NCBI GenBank assembly: GCA_965227295.1
Contig: OZ245742.1
Coordinates: 3,584,001-3,648,000 of the forward strand
From: Leptonemataceae bacterium
GTDB taxonomy: Bacteria > Spirochaetota > Leptospiria > Leptospirales > Leptonemataceae
DNA: 64,000 nucleotides
Direction of reading: 5' to 3'
A program made the position numbers and the translations under genes. Below are positions 9,403-18,645 of this stretch, one piece after another. A model generated the notes under the pieces. It was not told the origin of the DNA. It searched no databases and was given only the letters and a program-made list of their open reading frames with translations. Position 1 is the first letter of the stretch; every line of letters begins with the position of its first letter.

Positions 9403-10242
9403 TCAGAACTTCAGTGTGATCTCGTAACCCTGATGCTTGCGCATGTTGATGACGCGGTTGCCTTCGAAGATCAGATACTGCCCTTTGATGCCGAGCAATA
9501 GCCCGCTGATCTCCGATTCTTTATCGAAGCCGACGGACTTTACTTTTTCGGGATAGGACTTCACGGGATACTGGATCGCCGTCTTGCGGCCGCCCGCAAC
9601 GGCGTACTGTTTCAGATCTGCCGGTAGCAGTTCGATGATTTTAGCTTTCGCGGCGAGGAGGTCGCGATCGGCGCGTTCGTCCTTCAGCATTTTGCGCCAG
9701 TCCGTGCGGTCGGTGAGATGTTTCTTGAGCGCGACCTCGATGAGCCCGGCCGTGTAACGATTCGGTGTCTTCGCGAGCGGCACGGCCGCGTGGGCCCCCT
9801 GATCGATCCAGCGCGTGGGAACCTGGCTGCCGCGGGTGATGCCGACCTTTACATCGCTCGAAAGCGCCAGGTAGACGACGTGTTCGACCAGGCAATGTTT
9901 CTTCGACCACTCCATGTCCCGGGATTCTCCTGCCTGGGCCCGGCAGAGCTCCGGACGCAGGACGCAGTCGCTCGTTTCCGGCGCCCTCTGGAAGCATGGA
10001 TAGCAGTAACCCTGCGCAAAGGATTTGTTCGTTGCCCGGCCGCAACGAATGCAGTAGATCTTCCCACTGTAACTGAGGATGAGCGGCTTCTTCGAACCGA
10101 CGGCCTTGTTCATTTCGAACTCCGCACTCTTGCGAACTTTGCCCACCCCCGCCGGTTGTTCCAGGGCCAGGGTGTAGCGGACCGGGTCCTTCGCGTTCTT
10201 GCGTTCGGTTTTCATTTTTCGGATGGTACCGGTGATTTGCAT
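9403..10242 (-). CDS. DUF2797 domain protein (Zn-binding)
   Basis: CIRCG..T.KSFAQGYCYPCF, HVVYLA, KVGITR, RWIDQGA and GIKGQYL motifs. Confidence 0.9.
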   Translation of the reverse strand: MQITGTIRKMKTERKNAKDPVRYTLALEQPAGVGKVRKSAEFEMNKAVGSKKPLILSYSGKIYCIRCGRATNKSFAQGYCYPCFQRAPETSDCVLRPELCRAQAGESRDMEWSKKHCLVEHVVYLALSSDVKVGITRGSQVPTRWIDQGAHAAVPLAKTPNRYTAGLIEVALKKHLTDRTDWRKMLKDERADRDLLAAKAKIIELLPADLKQYAVAGGRKTAIQYPVKSYPEKVKSVGFDKESEISGLLLGIKGQYLIFEGNRVINMRKHQGYEITLKF

Positions 10243-10330
10243 GATCGTCCTCGCATTCACGGGTGGGAACATCCGCGAATGCGAGGACAGAAGCCCGAAG
10301 CGCGCGGAGCGTCCAGAGTTTCTCAGGACG

Positions 10331-10708
10331 TCACGCGAAAACCGAGCGCAGGCGCTCGCGGGCCCCCCAGAGGATCACGGCTTCCGTCGTGAGCAGGAAC
10401 GCTCCCATCACGTAGCCGGGCGGGTTGCGCGCGAGGAGCCAGAGATACGGGACGATGTTCGCGATGATCGGCAGCAACAGTAACGCGCCGGCGAGCCGGG
10501 TGCGCGGGAACAACAGCATTATCCCGCCCGCGATTTCGATCAGGCCGACGAAACGCCAGAGATAGCCGGTCGCAACGACGGCCGAAATAAAGAGCGATGC
10601 CTCCGGGCGTACCGGCGGCACCGGCATGAAGGCATAAAATTTGCTCGCGCCGTAGAGAATAAATAGCAGTGCCGCCGTCGTGGCGACGAATCCCGTGATG
10701 ATCTTCAT
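10331..10708 (-). CDS. DoxX-family membrane protein
   Basis: 4 TM segments, G.SKF and EIAGG motifs; GGAGG RBS. Confidence 0.8.
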   Translation of the reverse strand: MKIITGFVATTAALLFILYGASKFYAFMPVPPVRPEASLFISAVVATGYLWRFVGLIEIAGGIMLLFPRTRLAGALLLLPIIANIVPYLWLLARNPPGYVMGAFLLTTEAVILWGARERLRSVFA

Positions 10709-10734
10709 CGAAACCTCCTGGGTCCGCGCAGATT

Positions 10735-10835
10735 TAGTTGTGCGGACAAGTATTCAAGCGGGAAGTAGTTCATCATTTGATTGTCCGGGCAAGTAAAAAA
10801 ATCCCGTGGCCTGAAAAAAGTTGTCAGGACAACCA
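10735..10835. promoter_or_regulatory. Three imperfect palindromes TTGT-N4-(A/G)CAA, putative MarR operators
   Basis: TTGTGCGGACAA 10738, TTGTCCGGGCAA 10781 and TTGTCAGGACAA 10821 lie between divergent doxX and marR genes. Confidence 0.7.
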
Positions 10836-10854
10836 GTTGGCCGTATTTCGGATC

Positions 10855-11295
10855 GTGGCCCTGCATCTAAACGACCAACCCGGCTATCTTCTCAACCGGA
10901 CCGCGCTGCTCTTCCGGCGCGAGCTCCAGCGGGCCCTGCGCGAGTTTTCCGACATGACCCCGGAGCAGTGGCAGACGTTGAATACCCTCTGGCAGGCGCC
11001 GGATGGGCTGACGCCGACGGAAATCGCCGCCGTTACGCTCCAGGACCTCCCGTCCATTTCCCGGATGGTGGCGCGGATGGAAGAGAGCGGCTGGGTGGAA
11101 CGGCAACGGCTGCCCGAGGACCGTCGTTCGTTTCGGCTGCGCCTGACCCGCCGGGGCCGAGAACTGGAACGCAAGATTCCGGCGCGCCTGCAAAATCACT
11201 TCGAACCCTATCTGGGCGCCCTGAGCGTCGAAGAGCGCCGGCAACTGGTGCACGCGCTGCGCAAACTTCGTTCCGCCCTGGGTGATTCTCTGTGA
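10855..11295 (+). CDS. MarR family transcriptional regulator
   Basis: MTPEQW..L, ISRMV.RME..GWVER and DRRS..L.LT..G motifs. Confidence 0.92.
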   Translation: MALHLNDQPGYLLNRTALLFRRELQRALREFSDMTPEQWQTLNTLWQAPDGLTPTEIAAVTLQDLPSISRMVARMEESGWVERQRLPEDRRSFRLRLTRRGRELERKIPARLQNHFEPYLGALSVEERRQLVHALRKLRSALGDSL

Positions 11296-11388
11296 TTCTC
11301 GTCCGGCAAAAAACTATTGCCACGTCTCCACGTTCCCGGAATGTTCTCCGCACGGCTCCACCGGGCTGGAATGTTCAAAATCTCACGT

Positions 11389-11727
11389 ATGGCTGACAAC
11401 TTTCAGATTCAACATTCTCTCGATCGCAGGGTTCCTGTCGTGCAACTCAAGGGAGAAATCACTTCTGAGGCGGAGGAAGCCCTGCTCGAATGTTACGATT
11501 CCATTCCCCGGGACAAGCTCGGGCACGTCGTCTTCGACTTCAGTGAGACGCAGTATATCAACTCGTCCGGCATTGCCGTTCTCATTCAGCTCATCCAGCG
11601 CGCCTCGGACTCCCGCTACAAAATCGAGTTTGCATCGCTGAGTCCGCACTTTCGCAAAGTCATGGATATCGTCGGTTTAACCGACTTCGTAAAAATCCAC
11701 AACAGCCTGGAAGACGCCCTGGGTTGA
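11389..11727 (+). CDS. STAS-domain anti-sigma factor antagonist
   Basis: DFSETQYINSSGI phospho-Ser motif. Confidence 0.9.
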   Translation: MADNFQIQHSLDRRVPVVQLKGEITSEAEEALLECYDSIPRDKLGHVVFDFSETQYINSSGIAVLIQLIQRASDSRYKIEFASLSPHFRKVMDIVGLTDFVKIHNSLEDALG

Positions 11728-11749
11728 AGGTCGGGGAGGGACGAACCAA

Positions 11750-12850
11750 TTGGATTTCGTCTTTGCTTCGGATCACGTCTTCATTTCCGGGACCGGCATG
11801 CCCTGGTGGGCGCTGCTCTTTGTCGTTTTTCCCGTGGCCATCGGCGGCTTCGGCGTCTGGGTTCTTCGCAACAGCAAGCGTACCTGGTTCGGCATTGCCT
11901 GGCTCTCGTTCGCACTGACTTTTCTTTCAGCCGTGCCGGTCCTTCTGCAGATCTATACCGGCCTCAGCGTGAAGATCGATGCCGCCGCGCGCAGTGTCCA
12001 CATCCGCGACGACTCCTCCGGCGAGACGGGCTTTGTGGCGGAGTTCGATGATTTTCCGGCCTACGGCAAACGTGTGATTGTGGAAACCGACGATGAGGGC
12101 AGACGTTCCACGACCTACGTCCTGGACCTCATGCATCGGAGCGGGGCGGCGGTGGAACTGGCGGAGCTTTCGAGCGAAGCGGAGTTTCAGGAAAAGCAAA
12201 AGCGCCTGAGCGAAGTCCTGGACCGGCCGCTGGTCGAGTCTCCGGCGGAGTTGCGCAGGCTCGGCGCGCGGTCTTCCGCCGCTGATATTACACCGCAGGA
12301 TGTTTGCGCCGCGCAGTATGCCACGGTGCGGGCGAACTTGCAGAACGATGGAAGTTGCGTGCTCACCTGGAAGAATGCGTTCCCGGCCATGTTGCTTCCG
12401 GGACTGCTCCTGTGCATCACCGGCTTTCTATTTTTGATCGATCGTGTTCATGAACACGGCTGGTCCTGGTGGGCGCTCTTTCCGTTCGGCATCGTGGGTT
12501 TGCTGTTTTTCTCCATCGCCTACGCCGGCGTCCGGGATGCGTCCGCGAGTAGTTCGCTCGTGTTCTCCGACGCTGAGTTCCGCGCGTACACCGAGAGCAG
12601 TGTCTTCGGCCGCACCCTCGAAAGCTCGCTCCCCGTGGCTGAAGTGATCGTCGTGTCCGCTCGAATCTCGGACACCGCGTCGGAGATGGCGTTGATGGAC
12701 CGGGAACTGCGCGCGCCGGCAAGCATCGGCGCCGTCTTCTCGGCGCTGAGCATCGATTACGTCCTGGTCTACACGAACGGCATGTCCGCGGCGGATGTCC
12801 TGCGCATTGCCGACTTTGCGGAACGCCGCCTCCCGCCGCGAGACTGGTAA
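11750..12850 (+). CDS. Hypothetical membrane protein (two TM hairpin + beta-rich modules)
   Basis: GGAGG RBS, TTG start, 4 TM segments. Confidence 0.7.
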   Translation: MDFVFASDHVFISGTGMPWWALLFVVFPVAIGGFGVWVLRNSKRTWFGIAWLSFALTFLSAVPVLLQIYTGLSVKIDAAARSVHIRDDSSGETGFVAEFDDFPAYGKRVIVETDDEGRRSTTYVLDLMHRSGAAVELAELSSEAEFQEKQKRLSEVLDRPLVESPAELRRLGARSSAADITPQDVCAAQYATVRANLQNDGSCVLTWKNAFPAMLLPGLLLCITGFLFLIDRVHEHGWSWWALFPFGIVGLLFFSIAYAGVRDASASSSLVFSDAEFRAYTESSVFGRTLESSLPVAEVIVVSARISDTASEMALMDRELRAPASIGAVFSALSIDYVLVYTNGMSAADVLRIADFAERRLPPRDW

Positions 12851-12890
12851 ATTCCCGTAACGTTACGGCGGATTTTTCCCGATGCTTTGA

Positions 12891-13817
12891 ATGATGTTCG
12901 CGCGTTTTTCGGGAATCTTTCGCTGTATTGCCGCCGTGCTCACTACCACCCTGCTGGCCGGCTCCGCCGCCGCGCCCCTGGTCGAACTCCGGGCGCAGTC
13001 CGTGGTGATGCGCGCCCTTCCGGATCCGTACTATCCCCAGCAGCCCAAAGGGCAGTTGCGCTTGAACTATTACTATGATCGCACCGGGCGGTGGGTGAAA
13101 TTCTCGGACTGGATTCCTTTTCAGCAGCGCAAGTGGTCGCCGCGACACTTAGAGGACTTTTACGAACTCTACGGTCTGCCCCATCATTACAAGACCGCCG
13201 AGGTCAAAGAGAGCATTTACTTTCTCGTGCAGGCCCTCACGCATCGTTTTCGCCATCCGCGCCACGCCCTGTGCAAGATCGAAAACGAACGCCAGTACCA
13301 CAAGTACCGGCTCTTAATGTTCATGCAGATCAACTTACTGATCATGCGCATGTATCTGCGCCTGGGATCGCTCTACGACAAACGCCATCTTTACTTCCAC
13401 GACCTGGACTTCGCCGACGACCTGGAGATTTCGTTCTTGATCGCGCGGACGTACTACCGCGAGGCGATTACCTACTGGAAACACGCGCAGAAATACGCCG
13501 ACGAGGCCAACGAGTACCGCTTCGAACTGGATCTGCCCACCATCGAGAGCACGCGCTTCGAGATCGTCACCGGCGAGCTGGATTACGATCGCATCATCCA
13601 GCGGCATTTGTACAAGGTCGAGGCGAAGCTCGGTATGACCTCGGACTTTCTGGATCAGGAGGGGCGTCCGCGCCCGGTGAAGTCCGTGATGCAGGAAGAC
13701 ATCGAGGGCATGTACGACGAAAACTTCACCAGCGAACCCCTGGACCCGCCGGTGCTCGATCCCGAGTGGAAGGAGACGCCGTTGTTCGACGACGTCATCG
13801 ACGAGGAGGGCCGGTAA
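12891..13817 (+). CDS. Conserved hypothetical exported protein
   Basis: Signal peptide, strong host codon bias, Tyr/His-rich helical body. Confidence 0.75.
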   Translation: MMFARFSGIFRCIAAVLTTTLLAGSAAAPLVELRAQSVVMRALPDPYYPQQPKGQLRLNYYYDRTGRWVKFSDWIPFQQRKWSPRHLEDFYELYGLPHHYKTAEVKESIYFLVQALTHRFRHPRHALCKIENERQYHKYRLLMFMQINLLIMRMYLRLGSLYDKRHLYFHDLDFADDLEISFLIARTYYREAITYWKHAQKYADEANEYRFELDLPTIESTRFEIVTGELDYDRIIQRHLYKVEAKLGMTSDFLDQEGRPRPVKSVMQEDIEGMYDENFTSEPLDPPVLDPEWKETPLFDDVIDEEGR

Positions 13818-13824
13818 TCTCTTT

Positions 13825-13930
13825 GCCACAGAGGCACAGAGAGCACAGAGCATGGTATGATAAGTTTCAGCAGCAATGATGGTCGTCGTATCTTATCGCT
13901 CTTGCTCTGTGTCCTCTGTGCCTCTGTGGC
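13825..13930. repeat. Bipartite palindrome E1 (CACAGAG-type arms)
   Basis: Arms 13825-13852 and 13903-13930 are reverse complements at 26/28 nt. Confidence 0.9.
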
Positions 13931-14762
13931 CAATGGTTCTTCCACGAGCGCCGCGCCTTCGATCGCTCTGGACCACGACTTCTTAACCGCATATGATCTT
14001 TTCTTAAAGCGCTACGGGACCGGGCCGGTCGTCGACGTGCGCGAGGCCTCCACGAACGGCCAGGCCTGGGCGACCTTTCCGTATCCCACCGATCTCTACC
14101 CCGGCCCGCGGCCCGCGCCCGCCGGAGATCTCGCCTGGAACGAGGCGTTGTATCGGCGTGCGCTGAGTCAGTACGAGCGCGCTCTGGACGCCGTGAACGC
14201 CTTTCGCGAACGGGAACAGGAACTCAAAGACGAGCGCGAGAATCTACGCGAAGCGCTCTGGTGGAAACAGATCGACGCCGTGGATCGCATCGAGCGCGTG
14301 GAGCAGCGCGTTCGGGATCGTTATCATCGCGAGACTGCGCAGTACTTTCGCGGGACCTTCGAGTCGCTGGATCGCATCGATCGCGAGAGCCTCGATTCTT
14401 CGGAGCGGGTGGTCGAACTCCGCAAGCGCGCGTATCGATTGTATGCCGTCCACGAAATCGCCCTCGGCGGATTCACGCCGGCGCTGAAAGTACTCGAACG
14501 TTACCAGGACCTGCCGGGGGATCCCTCCGTACGCGAAGAATGGCCGTTGCACTATTATCTGAGCATGTGTTACGCCGCGCAGTTCCGCCGGGGGCGCGCT
14601 AACACCGGCGTAAGTGAAGTTACGCTGCGCGCCCTGCGCCGCCGGAAGAACATCCACAAACTGCGGGCCGTGGAACTGCGGCACGGCCGGAACTCCGAGG
14701 AATTCCGGCGCGTGTTCGCGGATGTGCGGCTTGAGGAACTGGGTTCGCCGCGGTCCGACTAA
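13857..14762 (+). CDS. FcpA-related periplasmic flagellar protein (paralogue of flagellar coiling protein A)
   Basis: WWKQID, EEWPLHYYLSMCYA and RKNIHKLRAVELRHGRNSEEF resemble Leptospira FcpA C-terminal motifs (recalled, not searched). Confidence 0.7.
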   Translation: MISFSSNDGRRILSLLLCVLCASVANGSSTSAAPSIALDHDFLTAYDLFLKRYGTGPVVDVREASTNGQAWATFPYPTDLYPGPRPAPAGDLAWNEALYRRALSQYERALDAVNAFREREQELKDERENLREALWWKQIDAVDRIERVEQRVRDRYHRETAQYFRGTFESLDRIDRESLDSSERVVELRKRAYRLYAVHEIALGGFTPALKVLERYQDLPGDPSVREEWPLHYYLSMCYAAQFRRGRANTGVSEVTLRALRRRKNIHKLRAVELRHGRNSEEFRRVFADVRLEELGSPRSD

Positions 14763-15859
14763 GACTTGTTCGGCTTGCGAACGCCGTCGATCGTCTCGCC
14801 GTTTTGCTCGGCCGGATCGCCTTCTTCATCGCGCTTCCACAACTGACCGAGCATCACCCAGGCAAAGCCGATCGAAGCCAGCACCAGGCCGGTGATCTGC
14901 GATTGGGTGAAGCCGTACCAGTGCCAGTTCTCGAAGTAGACCGCGGACGGATGCACGACGCGCATGTCGATGTGGTGCGAAAGCGACAACGTTTCGCCGT
15001 CCACCGTGTAGGTCGGTGCATCCAGGATCGGGATGACCGCGTCGTTCAGGCGCAGGAACTCCACCGAGAAACGGGCGAGGCCGTTGAAGATTAAGAACAT
15101 CGCCACCATCATGCCGGGGCGGAAACGCTGATGTCGCACCCACAGCATCAAAAACAAAAAGAGACCGAAAGATAAAAGCGATTCGATCATGGGCGTGTTC
15201 CAGACGCGCACGCCGTCGGAGCACATGTACGGTAACTCCCAGGCCATGTTCGGATCGGTGCCGGCGCAACCACCGCCCTCCGGTCCGTAGACCATGGTGA
15301 GCAGGGGGATGTAGACGCCCGAGGCATGACCGAAGCAACCGTCCCCGCTGATCAAACAACCGAGGCGACCGATGGCATAACCCAGGGCCATGGAAGGCAT
15401 GAACGCGTCGCCGTAACGCCAGATGGGAAACTTGTTCACCCGCAGATAGACCCAGATCGAAAGAAACGCGACGATGAAGCCGCCGTAAAAGACGAGGCCA
15501 CCGCCGCTTAACAGGTTCTCCCAGAAACCTTCGATATCCGGGTCGTCTTCCCAGCGATTGCGCATGCCGCGCCAGGTGAAGAAGACGTAGTAGAACGTAT
15601 TAAAAAAGCCCGTGTCCACGACCCAGATCTTATGCCAGATCTCGAAGACGAAGAAAATCTTCGAGCCAATGATGGCGCCGACGACGGCGATCAAGAGTGA
15701 CCAGTCCGCCGCCTCGGGCTTGAGCCCGCGCCGATGCAGTTCTCGCGGCGCCAGGTACGAGGCCACGAGAAAGGCGATCATCAGCATAATGCTGTAAGTC
15801 GAGATGCCGGTTTTGCCGAGCAGCGTGAAGCCGCCGGGAAAGGGAATTTCACTAATCAT
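14759..15859 (-). CDS. lgt: Prolipoprotein diacylglyceryl transferase
   Basis: GGLVFYGG, GYAIGRLGC and RFSVEFLR motifs. Confidence 0.92.
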   Translation of the reverse strand: MISEIPFPGGFTLLGKTGISTYSIMLMIAFLVASYLAPRELHRRGLKPEAADWSLLIAVVGAIIGSKIFFVFEIWHKIWVVDTGFFNTFYYVFFTWRGMRNRWEDDPDIEGFWENLLSGGGLVFYGGFIVAFLSIWVYLRVNKFPIWRYGDAFMPSMALGYAIGRLGCLISGDGCFGHASGVYIPLLTMVYGPEGGGCAGTDPNMAWELPYMCSDGVRVWNTPMIESLLSFGLFLFLMLWVRHQRFRPGMMVAMFLIFNGLARFSVEFLRLNDAVIPILDAPTYTVDGETLSLSHHIDMRVVHPSAVYFENWHWYGFTQSQITGLVLASIGFAWVMLGQLWKRDEEGDPAEQNGETIDGVRKPNKS

Positions 15860-15868
15860 ATTGTTTCG

Positions 15869-17230
15869 TTACGGACGGCCCGCGCCGGCAGCGGAGTGCT
15901 CCGCCGCCTCCCGGCGCAGGGCTTCCACCTCTTCGATTTCTTTGGGAATGCTTTCGGTTATGACGACGGGAGTCTCGCCGCGGACCATGACGTCGTCTTC
16001 AATGCGGACGCCGATTCCGCGAAAGGCCTCCGGCGTCTTCGGATGATGCGGCAAAAAGTACAGGCCCGGTTCCACGGTGCAGACCATGCCGTCGGCGAAC
16101 TTGCGCGGCTCACCTTTGTCGTAGTACGGGCCCAGATCATGCACGTCCATGCCCAGCCAGTGGCCGGTGCGGTGCATGTAGAACGGGGAGTAACTTTCAT
16201 CCTCGATATGTTTGTCGAGGGGTATGCTGCGATCCAGTACGTTCATGTCGAGGAGCGATTGCGTAAGATCACGCACGGTGGCGTTATGCACTTCCACGAG
16301 GGATGAACCGGCGACGGTACGGGCGATGGCGTTTTTCTGCGCGTCGAGTACGGCCTGGTAGACGTCGCGCTGTTCCGGCGTGTAGCGATCCGAGACCGGC
16401 CAGGTGCGCGTGACGTCGGCGTTCATGAAGTCCTTCTCGGCACCGGCATCCACCAGGACCAGGTCGCCGGCCTGCATGGCGCGGTCGTTTTGAATGTGAT
16501 GCAACACGCAGGCATTCGCGCCGGACGCAACGATGGAAGGATATCCCTCGGTACCACGATCCCGGCGGAAAGCGTACTGCAACATGGCTTCGAGTTCGTA
16601 CTCGAAGGTACCCGGCTTTGCCGCGCGCATGATTTCCAGGTGTCCGTTCTCGGTGAGGCGGGCGCACTCTTCCAGGGCGGCGAGATCGAAGCTGTCTTTG
16701 ATTAACCGCTGCTCATGTAAGATTACGCCCGGGTTCACGACGGTATCCGGGCCGTAGCTGCCCTTGCGGGAATTACGCATCACCCGATACGCCCGGGGTA
16801 GAATTTCGGCGTCGCGGTTCGGGTCTTCGCCGAAACGATAGTAGAGCGTGGCCTTGTCTTTGAGAAGTCCGGCCAGGCGCGCGCGGAACGCCTTGTAGGG
16901 CTTCACTTCTTTGATGCCCAGGGCTTCGGCCGCGTCGCAGGTGCTCAGCCGCGGCCCTTCCCAGGTTTCGCGCTGGCGGTTTTTCTTCGGAACGAAGAGC
17001 ACCTCTTCCTTTTTTGTGAGGACGAGCACGGCGTCTTCTTCGTCGAAGCCCGTGAGATAAAAAAAGTCCGAGTCCTGGCGATAGCGAAAGTGCACGTCGT
17101 TGGAGCGAACGCGGGAGGGGGCCGTAAAGAACACGGCCACGCCGTCTTCGGGCAGGGCGGTCTGGAAAGCCTGGCGTCGCCGGGCAAAGCGGCGCAGCAG
17201 ATCGTCGGAGTATCGCGCTGGGTTTGGCAT
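15869..17230 (-). CDS. pepP: Xaa-Pro aminopeptidase P
   Basis: RQDSDFFYLTG, DAGAE, DVTRT, GHWLGMDVHD, VEPGLY and GVRIEDD motifs. Confidence 0.95.
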   Translation of the reverse strand: MPNPARYSDDLLRRFARRRQAFQTALPEDGVAVFFTAPSRVRSNDVHFRYRQDSDFFYLTGFDEEDAVLVLTKKEEVLFVPKKNRQRETWEGPRLSTCDAAEALGIKEVKPYKAFRARLAGLLKDKATLYYRFGEDPNRDAEILPRAYRVMRNSRKGSYGPDTVVNPGVILHEQRLIKDSFDLAALEECARLTENGHLEIMRAAKPGTFEYELEAMLQYAFRRDRGTEGYPSIVASGANACVLHHIQNDRAMQAGDLVLVDAGAEKDFMNADVTRTWPVSDRYTPEQRDVYQAVLDAQKNAIARTVAGSSLVEVHNATVRDLTQSLLDMNVLDRSIPLDKHIEDESYSPFYMHRTGHWLGMDVHDLGPYYDKGEPRKFADGMVCTVEPGLYFLPHHPKTPEAFRGIGVRIEDDVMVRGETPVVITESIPKEIEEVEALRREAAEHSAAGAGRP

Positions 17231-17267
17231 GCAGTCAGGAAAGTAAAGATTCGTCGAAGGAACGATG

Positions 17268-18509
17268 CTACGAACTGCCGTCCGTTTTTTCGCCCCCGTT
17301 CGTCAGTTCCACAAAATATTTATAATTCCGGTGACTCCCGAGCACGATAATCGCCCCGGCCTCGCGGTCCCGGGCCATCTCCATCAGAGCTGCCGCGCAG
17401 CCGTCACCGCCTGGAAGTGCCGTGCAGCCCGGCAGCGGGGCGCAGTACTGCTCATCCACAATCATGGCCGACACGCCGAAATCCGCCGCGCGGACGGCTT
17501 CCGCGACGGGCCCTGGATTTCGATCCGCCAGCAGGCCGAGCACCACCAGACAGCGATCCGGCTCCGGCAGGTGATCGCGCAAACGCAAATCCCGCAGGCT
17601 GCGCCCCACGGCATCGGGAGTATGGGCGACATCGAAGTAGGCGCGCATGAGATTGCCGTGACGATCCGGTAACATCGTCTCCCGTTCTTCCAGCCGGCCC
17701 GGCGGCGGCGGCACATCCTGCTGTGCATTGAAGGCCTCGCGCAGGTGTCGGGCGATCCAGCGGGCGAAGCCGCGGTTGGTGGTCAGATAGTCCGCCGGTC
17801 CGGCGAGCACCGGTGGTTCGTAAAAGAAGGCCTCGGCGGCCGGGGCGTACCGGCGCATCTCCATGCGAATCGTGGCGCGGTCCAGTTCCGGCGCCGCCTG
17901 CGGTGCCACGAAGAATCGTGTGCAGTACGAAGAAGCGATGGCGAGTTTCTCACGCAAAATCTCCAGGTGCGTCCTGCCCAGGATTTCGGTGTGTTCGAGT
18001 TCGATCGGAGTGAGCACGACCGTCTCCGCCCGGGCGATGCGAGTGGCGTCGAAGCGCCCGCCCAGGCCGGCTTCGAAGATTTGCACGGGGCTCTTGCGTT
18101 CTTGAAAGACATGCACGGCCAATAGCGTCAGAATCTCAAAGTAACTGAGTTTCTCGTAATATTCACTGCCCAGAAGTTTGCGCAGTGTCTCCAGGCCGGC
18201 GACGGCGTCTTCGGCCGGGATCGGTAGACCGCCCATACGAATGCGTTCGAGCACATGGTGCAGATGCGGTGAGGTATAGAGACCCGCCGGCGCTGCGGCG
18301 AAGTGACTCAGGAACCAGGCGGTGGAGCCTTTGCCGTTCGAGCCGACGATGGAAATGCGCCGACCGTTTAACTGCGGCCAGAGTGTATGGGAAAGATCGA
18401 ACAGCTCTTCCCGGGACGCCATGAGGCGCTCGCGATCAAAAACCCGCGTGCGTTCGGGGTTGATCCGCGCGTTCAGATCGGCGGTGAGAGTTTCGATTGC
18501 GCTGTGCAT
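17268..18509 (-). CDS. folC: Folylpolyglutamate synthase / dihydrofolate synthase
   Basis: GSNGKGST, YTSPHL..ERI, EAGLGGRFDAT and DVAHT motifs. Confidence 0.9.
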   Translation of the reverse strand: MHSAIETLTADLNARINPERTRVFDRERLMASREELFDLSHTLWPQLNGRRISIVGSNGKGSTAWFLSHFAAAPAGLYTSPHLHHVLERIRMGGLPIPAEDAVAGLETLRKLLGSEYYEKLSYFEILTLLAVHVFQERKSPVQIFEAGLGGRFDATRIARAETVVLTPIELEHTEILGRTHLEILREKLAIASSYCTRFFVAPQAAPELDRATIRMEMRRYAPAAEAFFYEPPVLAGPADYLTTNRGFARWIARHLREAFNAQQDVPPPPGRLEERETMLPDRHGNLMRAYFDVAHTPDAVGRSLRDLRLRDHLPEPDRCLVVLGLLADRNPGPVAEAVRAADFGVSAMIVDEQYCAPLPGCTALPGGDGCAAALMEMARDREAGAIIVLGSHRNYKYFVELTNGGEKTDGSS

Positions 18510-18520
18510 CCTTTTTTTTT

Positions 18521-18634
18521 ACCACCGAGGTTCCGAGGACACCGAGGATTTTTCAGGGAGGGCAAACGCAGGCGGAGAGTCGTCAGGCAATGATTGCTCT
18601 CCACTTCTCTCGGTGTCCTCGGAGCCTCGGTGGT
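18521..18634. repeat. Bipartite palindrome E2
   Basis: ACCACCGAGGTTCCGAGGACACCGAG (18521-18546) matches its reverse complement at 18609-18634 at 25/26 nt. Confidence 0.9.
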
Positions 18635-18645
18635 TGAATCAAGTC

